Origin: a virus
Lineage: Duplodnaviria > Caudoviricetes
Length of the DNA: 26,623 nt
Direction: 5' to 3' (one strand)
IMG/VR virus record: IMGVR_UViG_3300012952_001236
Span: 1 to 26,623 of that record
Shown here one piece after another: positions 1-5,262 of this stretch. The translations under genes and the position numbers were made by a program. A model generated the notes under the pieces. It was not told the origin of the DNA. It was given only the letters and a program-made list of their open reading frames with translations, and searched no databases. Position 1 is the first letter of the stretch, and each line of letters begins with the position of its first letter.

Positions 1-5
1 TTCAA

Positions 6-1238
6 GTGATCACTAATATGATTACTGAGTTGAATAAGATAAGAGATGATTTATTCTTTTACTTAGTTCTGCCAGAATTTTTAGAGATGCTGGATTTTCA
101 TAATACTAGTCAGTATCTCATGAAGGTTCCTACATATCCTCCTACAATGAGATCACATTTTGATGTAGAAAAGTTTAGGAAGATGTTTGGTCATGATTTA
201 GATATTGATTTAGTTTTCTCTCATCTACCAGAACATACTCATGCTGTAAAGAATGTTATGAGTAACGTAACTCATCATGATCCATCTTATTTTGGTTATT
301 GTCATTGGTTTGATTTAGATGATGTAGTTGCTTGGAGTCTTCCTAGTTTTAATCAGAATATATTAGGACTCTTAGAGATGGATAGATGTTATTTAAATAC
401 ACAGAGTCAGAAGAACTTAGTTTTAAATCAAGCTTCTAATGTTTTTAATAAAGAGAATGTTTCAAGATTGGATGATATATTAACCCCTCAACATCTAGGT
501 GTGAAGGAAATAGATATAGTTGAACCTCTTCAGAATACCGATAAGCTAATCGTATTTAATCATAGACCTGATACCTATAAGGACTTTAATAACTTTATGC
601 GTATTCTAGAGGATCTCAGGAAGGTTAGGCAAGACTTTGAAGTATGGATACCGTTGTTGGAAAAATCTACTGAGAGTTGGATTACCACAGAGAAGTTTAA
701 TAAACAAAGATATTATAAAAAATTACAAAGATGTAGAGTTGGATTTTCACCTAAACAAGTATATGGTGGATGGAGTGTATCTACTACAGATGGTATAATG
801 AATGGTTGTCCATATATTATGTACGATGCTGATTATTATCATGAGTTAAATCCTACAGCAGATTTCTTTAGTACAAATGATACAGCAATCCATTTATTGA
901 ATAAATATTTTGACGATGAGGATTATAGAAATAAACAGTCTGTAATATCTCAGAGTTATCTAAAGGAAAATCTTATCTATGAAAATGAGATCCTTAAGAT
1001 GAGTAATTATATTACTGACCTTTTTAATTCTCAGAAGAGAACTAATACAGAAGTAACTAAAAAGTTAATTGCTATTATTAAGGAAAGAGGACAGATAACC
1101 AAAACGGAATTGTTCTCTGCAAATCTTGGTTGGGGTCGAGGTATTAAGTTTGGGCCTTATAGAAGAGCTCTCTTGTCTAATCCTAACATTTATGATATTA
1201 TAGATCCGATTCCTTCTTACTGCTGGAAGAATGACTAA
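6..1238 (+). CDS. GT-B fold glycosyltransferase, probably 5'-truncated by the window edge
   Basis: The frame is open back to the window start. The C-terminal half has LIVFNHR and GGWSVSTTDGIMNGCPYIM, resembling the GT-B/GT4 nucleotide-sugar motif (E/D-x3-G-x-P-x-I). A basic helical tail follows. Confidence 0.7.
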   Translation: MITNMITELNKIRDDLFFYLVLPEFLEMLDFHNTSQYLMKVPTYPPTMRSHFDVEKFRKMFGHDLDIDLVFSHLPEHTHAVKNVMSNVTHHDPSYFGYCHWFDLDDVVAWSLPSFNQNILGLLEMDRCYLNTQSQKNLVLNQASNVFNKENVSRLDDILTPQHLGVKEIDIVEPLQNTDKLIVFNHRPDTYKDFNNFMRILEDLRKVRQDFEVWIPLLEKSTESWITTEKFNKQRYYKKLQRCRVGFSPKQVYGGWSVSTTDGIMNGCPYIMYDADYYHELNPTADFFSTNDTAIHLLNKYFDDEDYRNKQSVISQSYLKENLIYENEILKMSNYITDLFNSQKRTNTEVTKKLIAIIKERGQITKTELFSANLGWGRGIKFGPYRRALLSNPNIYDIIDPIPSYCWKND

Positions 1239-1420
1239 TGCTATCAACTAATTATAGAAATCAATTAGTAGATATATGTTGCCGCATAATATCTACGGAT
1301 GGAGAAGTATCCTTACAGGAAAGGATATGGATGACAAAATTATGTGATCATAATACATCTGCAAGAGAACTTGCTGGTGCTTTATTATGTCCTGACTTTA
1401 TTGAGGATACTCCAATGTGA
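1238..1420 (+). CDS. Small hypothetical protein (60 aa)
   Basis: TAATG stop/start overlap with the upstream gene; resembles small picocyanobacterial/cyanophage proteins. Confidence 0.7.
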   Translation: MLSTNYRNQLVDICCRIISTDGEVSLQERIWMTKLCDHNTSARELAGALLCPDFIEDTPM

Positions 1421-1635
1421 CGATGAGTATATTTTATCATTACAAAACAGTGTCTTCAAGTTTATGGAATACCTTTATCCCTAATACAATGAAATTTGAA
1501 AAGCTAAGTATATTTGATCTCATTGTTATTTCGATTATATTCTTTGAAGAGTTTGTCAAGAGAACTTTGATAGGAATATATTACCTCTGGCAAAAATTTG
1601 ATTACTGGAACTTTAATAGAAAATTATCAAGCTGA
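1417..1635 (+). CDS. Small hypothetical protein with a hydrophobic segment; true start may be ATG at 1489
   Basis: ORF track; in-frame ATG at 1489; stop overlaps the next start (TGATG). Confidence 0.55.
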   Translation: MTMSIFYHYKTVSSSLWNTFIPNTMKFEKLSIFDLIVISIIFFEEFVKRTLIGIYYLWQKFDYWNFNRKLSS

Positions 1636-1793
1636 TGGACATTAAAAATTGGGAAAAGGAATATCTTTCTATGGATGTTTCCTTAACTGAAAGAGAAAAA
1701 GAACTACTTAAAGGGGATTCTATAAAATCTCATGAGGGTATGCTCTTTGGACGCATGTATGCTGATTGGAAAAAGAGAAAGGGATATGACTAA
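1635..1793 (+). CDS. 52-aa hypothetical protein (not in ORF track), paralog of the next gene
   Basis: Hand translation MDIKNWEKEYLSMDVSLTEREKELLKGDSIKSHEGMLFGRMYADWKKRKGYD; TGATG coupling upstream and overlap with the next ATG. Confidence 0.8.
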   Translation: MDIKNWEKEYLSMDVSLTEREKELLKGDSIKSHEGMLFGRMYADWKKRKGYD

Positions 1794-2025
1794 ACAATTT
1801 GATGACTCCAATTGGAGAGAAGAATACAAAGCATATATAAGTGATAAGAGGTCACTTGAGTTATTAGAGAATGGCCCTAAGAGTTTATCTCAATCATGGA
1901 TCTTAGGTGCTTTGTATAACAAATGGAAAAAGATGAAAGGTTATAAGGAACCTGACCCACCTAATTGCCAATCAAGTCTAGAAGAATTTTACGCCAAACA
2001 ACAACAGTTGGAGGACACTAACTAA
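1786..2025 (+). CDS. 79-aa hypothetical protein (start revised from 1732 to 1786)
   Basis: MTKQFDDSNWREEY...WKKMKGY; ATG 1786 is preceded by a purine-rich AAAGGGA and overlaps the end of the previous ORF. Confidence 0.8.
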   Translation: MTKQFDDSNWREEYKAYISDKRSLELLENGPKSLSQSWILGALYNKWKKMKGYKEPDPPNCQSSLEEFYAKQQQLEDTN

Positions 2026-2177
2026 TGGAAGATCATCAAGTAAATGATTTATGGGAAGATATGGATCGACTCAATTCATTATATGAAGAGCTATTATGGG
2101 ATCATGATGATGAGTTGCAATTTTTCATAGAAGGTAATAGAATAGTAATTCGTAACATTGACCAAGAAGATGGTTGA
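2025..2177 (+). CDS. 50-aa acidic hypothetical protein (not in ORF track)
   Basis: MEDHQVNDLWEDMDRLNSLYEELLWDHDDELQFFIEGNRIVIRNIDQEDG; GGAGG Shine-Dalgarno upstream, TAATG coupling, fills the gap to gp62. Confidence 0.8.
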   Translation: MEDHQVNDLWEDMDRLNSLYEELLWDHDDELQFFIEGNRIVIRNIDQEDG

Positions 2178-2553
2178 ATTGAAAGAGTGGCTTAATTCTA
2201 TTAATTCCACTAAGGAAAATCTTATAGATAACTGTACAGCAGAAGAAAAAGATTATCCGCCCTATATTATTAACAAGTGTCTTTCTGGTTTTAAAGATAC
2301 AATCTTCATTGCCAATGAGATGAATCTTTCATCTCATCTAGGTAATAAACTACAGTATGACTTTTTTATAAATATTGTCAGACCGAGGAAAAGATTCTCG
2401 CCTTGGATTAGGAAGGAGAAAATTGAGACCTTAGAGCTCGTCAAACGATACTATGGTTATAGTAATGATAAAGCTAAAAGTGCTCTGAAAATTCTTACTA
2501 ATGAACAAATTGAATTTATAAAACAACGACTTGATACTGGAGGAAAACGATGA
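2170..2553 (+). CDS. gp62: Sliding-clamp loader small subunit (T4 gp62-like)
   Basis: YPPYIINKCLS, ANEMN, QYDF, RPRKRFSPW and YYGYS motifs; sits directly before regA; ATG at 2170 preferred to TTG at 2158. Confidence 0.92.
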   Translation: MVELKEWLNSINSTKENLIDNCTAEEKDYPPYIINKCLSGFKDTIFIANEMNLSSHLGNKLQYDFFINIVRPRKRFSPWIRKEKIETLELVKRYYGYSNDKAKSALKILTNEQIEFIKQRLDTGGKR

Positions 2554-2972
2554 GTGAAGATCAAGAGTATAATTGGTCTCCAGACCAGATGATTGAGGTG
2601 ACTTTAAAAGAGCCAGATGACTTCCTAAAGGTTAGAGAAACTTTAACTAGAATTGGTGTCGCTTCTCGGAAAGAAAAGAAGATATATCAATCATGTCATA
2701 TCTTGCATAAGCAAGGAAAGTATTACATAGTTCACTTTAAAGAACTATTTGCCTTAGATGGTAAGAGAGCAAATCTCTTTGTTAACGATGTACAACGTCG
2801 TAATCGTATTGCTCAACTTCTTAGTGATTGGGGTTTAGTGAATGTAGTATCAACATCTGCTATAGAAGATGCTGCTCCTCTCAGTCAAATCAAGGTATTA
2901 TCTTATAAAGACAAGTCTGAATGGACTTTAGAGAGTAAGTATAATATTGGTAAGAAGAAAGTTACAGCATAA
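2550..2972 (+). CDS. regA: Translational repressor RegA
   Basis: PDDFLKVRETLTRIG, QSCHILHKQGKYYIVHFKELF, RRNRIAQLL-DWG. Confidence 0.97.
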   Translation: MSEDQEYNWSPDQMIEVTLKEPDDFLKVRETLTRIGVASRKEKKIYQSCHILHKQGKYYIVHFKELFALDGKRANLFVNDVQRRNRIAQLLSDWGLVNVVSTSAIEDAAPLSQIKVLSYKDKSEWTLESKYNIGKKKVTA

Positions 2973-2975
2973 ATA
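2969..2975 (+). promoter_or_regulatory. T4-type late promoter (ATAAATA)
   Basis: Matches the core of the gp55-dependent TATAAATA, about 25 nt upstream of ORF 2999. Confidence 0.6.
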
Positions 2976-2998
2976 ATTAATAAATTTCAGTAATCACT

Positions 2999-3262
2999 AT
3001 GTTAATTAAAGTTTTAGCCGCTGAGGGTAGTCTCTCCAGTGCTTCCAATGTTGATAAAGCTACTGTGGTAAGGCTTTTGAATAACCATAGTGCAGCTTTG
3101 CTTATAACAAGAAAAACTGCTGGTGGTGATACTATTGGTAGTTTAACAGCAGATAATGGAAAAGTTATTTATCTAGAGAAGGATCCAACAGACACGCTTA
3201 CTGCAGCATCAAATGGTGGTAGTGTTAAGGTTGTTAAGATTGCTTACAGTCAAGCATCTTGA
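2999..3262 (+). CDS. Hypothetical beta-rich protein, possibly a late/virion protein
   Basis: 87-aa ORF rich in A/S/T/G/V, downstream of a late promoter motif. Confidence 0.7.
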   Translation: MLIKVLAAEGSLSSASNVDKATVVRLLNNHSAALLITRKTAGGDTIGSLTADNGKVIYLEKDPTDTLTAASNGGSVKVVKIAYSQAS

Positions 3263-3275
3263 TTTGAACATCTAG

Positions 3276-3304
3276 TTGCATAAATAGTTAAAATGTGTTA
3301 TTAT
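3276..3304 (+). promoter_or_regulatory. Sigma70-type promoter with an overlapping late promoter
   Basis: TTGCAT (3276-3281), 17-nt spacer, TATTAT (3299-3304) with extended -10 TG; ATAAATA at 3280-3286. Predicted start near 3311, just before the first aptamer. Confidence 0.65.
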
Positions 3305-3313
3305 TAACACATA

Positions 3314-3356
3314 CGTTCATCTTCTTCGGAAGACGCAAGTAAGCCGACTCGGAACG
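3314..3356 (+). ncRNA. Glutamine riboswitch-like aptamer 1 (glnA/Downstream-peptide family)
   Basis: P1 CGTTC/GAACG; P2 TCTTC-TTCG-GAAGA (cUUCGg tetraloop); junction CGCAAGTAAGCCGACTCG; upstream of a DUF4278-like gene. Confidence 0.8.
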
Positions 3357-3360
3357 GAAT

Positions 3361-3542
3361 CGTTCATCCCATGTTTCATCTAGCAGTTATCGCAACTACT
3401 TTTTCCTGTATTGAAGCTCAATCACTTATTGATAAGATGAAAGAGTTTAAAATAGAGGAAGAGACACGAGCTGAGATGATCAGCGTAGTGATAGAAGAAA
3501 CAACTCATTGTGAGTGGGACGCAAAAGCCGACTAAAGGAACG
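3361..3542 (+). ncRNA. Glutamine riboswitch-like aptamer 2, split by a 143-nt P2-loop insertion
   Basis: P1 CGTTC(3361-3365)/GAACG(3538-3542); P2 TCCCA(3367-3371)/TGGGA(3515-3519); 3' half CGCAAAAGCCGACTAAAGGAACG closely matches aptamer 1. Confidence 0.75.
3371..3535 (+). CDS. 54-aa ORF nested in riboswitch aptamer 2 (not in ORF track)
   Basis: MFHLAVIATTFSCIEAQSLIDKMKEFKIEEETRAEMISVVIEETTHCEWDAKAD; uninterrupted frame in AT-rich DNA, hydrophobic N-terminus, two Cys. Confidence 0.7.
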   Translation: MFHLAVIATTFSCIEAQSLIDKMKEFKIEEETRAEMISVVIEETTHCEWDAKAD

Positions 3543-3575
3543 GATTAAAAACCCAACTACTTTAGGAGTAATCCC

Positions 3576-3704
3576 ATGGCACTAGTCACTTATCGTGGTG
3601 TTCAATATGACACCGAGAAAAAAACGACCTCTAATAAGGTCACCTCTAATTTAACATATAGAGGAATTAAGCACCAAGAAGAACGTCTTGTATGTGCAAA
3701 ATAA
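3576..3704 (+). CDS. DUF4278-like small protein (42 aa, two YRG motifs; not in ORF track)
   Basis: MALVTYRGVQYDTEKKTTSNKVTSNLTYRGIKHQEERLVCAK; AGGAG Shine-Dalgarno at 3564-3568. The TYRG-x-x-Y/H motif is typical of peptides downstream of glutamine riboswitches. Confidence 0.85.
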   Translation: MALVTYRGVQYDTEKKTTSNKVTSNLTYRGIKHQEERLVCAK

Positions 3705-3710
3705 AGTGAG

Positions 3711-3735
3711 GGAGGGGGTTTCCCCTCCTTTTTTT
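3711..3735 (+). terminator. Rho-independent terminator
   Basis: GGAGGGG-GTTT-CCCCTCC stem-loop followed by T7. Confidence 0.9.
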
Positions 3736-3742
3736 ATAAATA
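3735..3742 (+). promoter_or_regulatory. T4-type late promoter TATAAATA
   Basis: Perfect consensus directly after the terminator and 13 nt before ATG 3756. Confidence 0.8.
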
Positions 3743-3755
3743 TAATATAAAGATT

Positions 3756-3917
3756 ATGGATAGACAAAATCTTAAAAAACTCTTAGGTGAGTTAAAAACA
3801 GTGATGGTAGAAATTGAATCTGAGATCTATTCAGATCCCGATGCTTATACATCTAAGGTGGGAGCATTACCAGACGGTTGTTATAGTATAGATGACGATG
3901 ACGGTTATCCAGACTAG
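3756..3917 (+). CDS. 53-aa acidic hypothetical protein (not in ORF track)
   Basis: MDRQNLKKLLGELKTVMVEIESEIYSDPDAYTSKVGALPDGCYSIDDDDGYPD; bracketed by its own late promoter and terminator. Confidence 0.8.
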   Translation: MDRQNLKKLLGELKTVMVEIESEIYSDPDAYTSKVGALPDGCYSIDDDDGYPD

Positions 3918-3919
3918 AA

Positions 3920-3947
3920 GTTAGTGTATTCAACACTGACTTTTTTT
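3920..3947 (+). terminator. Probable Rho-independent terminator
   Basis: GTTAGTGT-ATTCA-ACACTGAC (one G-U pair) followed by T7. Confidence 0.7.
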
Positions 3948-3959
3948 AGCGTTTGTGAT

Positions 3960-4022
3960 TAAATAGTTATGTCGCCGAAAGGGACATCAAAACACAAACT
4001 CGCTTAAAGAGGAGCTACTATT
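3960..4022 (+). promoter_or_regulatory. Late promoter core (TAAATA) and structured hsp20 leader, ROSE-like thermometer candidate
   Basis: TAAATA at 3960-3965; hairpin ATGTC-G-CC-GAAA-GG-GACAT (3969-3987); CTCGCT (3999-4004) can pair with AGGAG (4010-4014) leaving a bulged G. Confidence 0.6.
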
Positions 4023-4457
4023 ATGACAGAAATACAGAGATACCGTGCTGCCGATTTGCCAGATTTAATGGATCGGATCACAAAACACAGTATAGGGATG
4101 GATGATTACTTTACTCAGTTTTTCAATTCTCCAACACAGAATTCAAACTATCCACCTTATAATTTAATACATATTAATAATCATGAGTCGAGGTTGGAAG
4201 TCGCCCTTGCAGGGTTCAAGAAGGATGAGCTTAAAGTCTATACGGAGTTTGGAAAACTATATGTTGAAGGCGTCAAAGAAGAAAAGGAAACAGATGGAGA
4301 ATATCTCCACAAAGGATTGGCCTCAAGGTCGTTTAATAGGGTCTGGACGATCACAGATGATACCGAGATACGAAGTGTCAGATTCGATGACGGATTACTG
4401 GTTGTAGAACTTGGTAAGGTTGTTCCTGAACATCACGCTCGTAAAGATTACCTCTAA
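4023..4457 (+). CDS. hsp20: Small heat-shock protein (Hsp20/IbpA family)
   Basis: NYPPYNL, LEVALAGF, YLHKGLA-R-F-R, DGLL alpha-crystallin motifs. Confidence 0.96.
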   Translation: MTEIQRYRAADLPDLMDRITKHSIGMDDYFTQFFNSPTQNSNYPPYNLIHINNHESRLEVALAGFKKDELKVYTEFGKLYVEGVKEEKETDGEYLHKGLASRSFNRVWTITDDTEIRSVRFDDGLLVVELGKVVPEHHARKDYL

Positions 4458-4490
4458 ACTCTGATACATAGAACATGGCTTATTTGTTCT

Positions 4491-4637
4491 ATGATGAGAT
4501 TTCAAGAAGAGGATTTACAGAGAATGGTTCGTGCTTGTGAGCTGTATCAACAATGTACAGCTTCCGAGTGGGAAGAGTATTCTAAAATAATTGGTAAAAT
4601 AAAACATTACCTTGAAGAGAATTGGACTGATGCATAA
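4491..4637 (+). CDS. 48-aa hypothetical protein (not in ORF track)
   Basis: MMRFQEEDLQRMVRACELYQQCTASEWEEYSKIIGKIKHYLEENWTDA; fills the gap and overlaps the pebS start. Confidence 0.7.
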   Translation: MMRFQEEDLQRMVRACELYQQCTASEWEEYSKIIGKIKHYLEENWTDA

Positions 4638-5262
4638 TGATTTATGGGCTGGTTATAAATCAGCCGTCTTTGATACGTTTCCTGATCTCAAGTTTGAGAA
4701 ACAACATGAAAGTTGGACTAATAAGAGAGGTGTAAATCTCACTGCTGATTTATATTCTGGTAAATATTTTATCAAATCCAGACATGTTGATATCTGGGAT
4801 GAAAAATTAAATATTCATAACAATGTGATCTATCCTAAGACAGGGCATAACCTTCCTTGTTTCGGGATGGATCTTATGGGTTTTAATGAGAAGAAAGTTA
4901 TAATAGTTTTTGACTTTCAACATCCTGTAGAGAATTTTTTATTAAAGGTGCCACCATTACCTAAGACAGAAGAAACTTATCGTTTCTTTGAGAAGGGTAA
5001 TCATTTCTCTGATAATATCTTTGTGAGGTATTGTAAGATGGAACATGTTAATACATACTTACCAACATTCAAATATTATTTGTCACTCTATAAAGAAATG
5101 ATAGATAATGCAAAACCAACTGGTACTGATACTAGTTTGTATAAAGATTTTGATAGCTATATGATAAGACTAGATCCTATTTCAGGATACCTATCCAGTA
5201 GTTTTGGAAAGGAAGAGTCTGAAAAATTAATCAAAGAATTCTTTTTCAGTTATGCAGAATGA
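4630..5262 (+). CDS. pebS: Phycoerythrobilin synthase (ferredoxin-dependent bilin reductase)
   Basis: YPKTG-NLPCFGMDLM, KKVIIVFDFQHP, YRFFE-GNHFS-NIFVRYC, DFD-YM--LDP; both catalytic Asp motifs (GMD, LDP) present; ATG at 4630 preferred. Confidence 0.93.
   Translation: MHNDLWAGYKSAVFDTFPDLKFEKQHESWTNKRGVNLTADLYSGKYFIKSRHVDIWDEKLNIHNNVIYPKTGHNLPCFGMDLMGFNEKKVIIVFDFQHPVENFLLKVPPLPKTEETYRFFEKGNHFSDNIFVRYCKMEHVNTYLPTFKYYLSLYKEMIDNAKPTGTDTSLYKDFDSYMIRLDPISGYLSSSFGKEESEKLIKEFFFSYAE

Noticed and set aside
1732-1785. N-terminal extension of the ORF listed as 1732-2025
   Set aside because: It overlaps the better-supported 1635-1793 ORF, and similarity to that paralog starts only after Met at 1786.
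3372-3514. The aptamer-2 insert as a self-splicing intron or mobile element
   Set aside because: Too short, with no group I/II core motifs, terminal repeats or target duplication visible.
3314-3545. Repeated CGTTCATC / GACGCAA / AGCCGACT / GGAACGGA segments as a CRISPR array or insertion-element ends
   Set aside because: Only two copies, no regular spacers, and no cas or transposase gene; the internal pairing fits tandem riboswitch aptamers.
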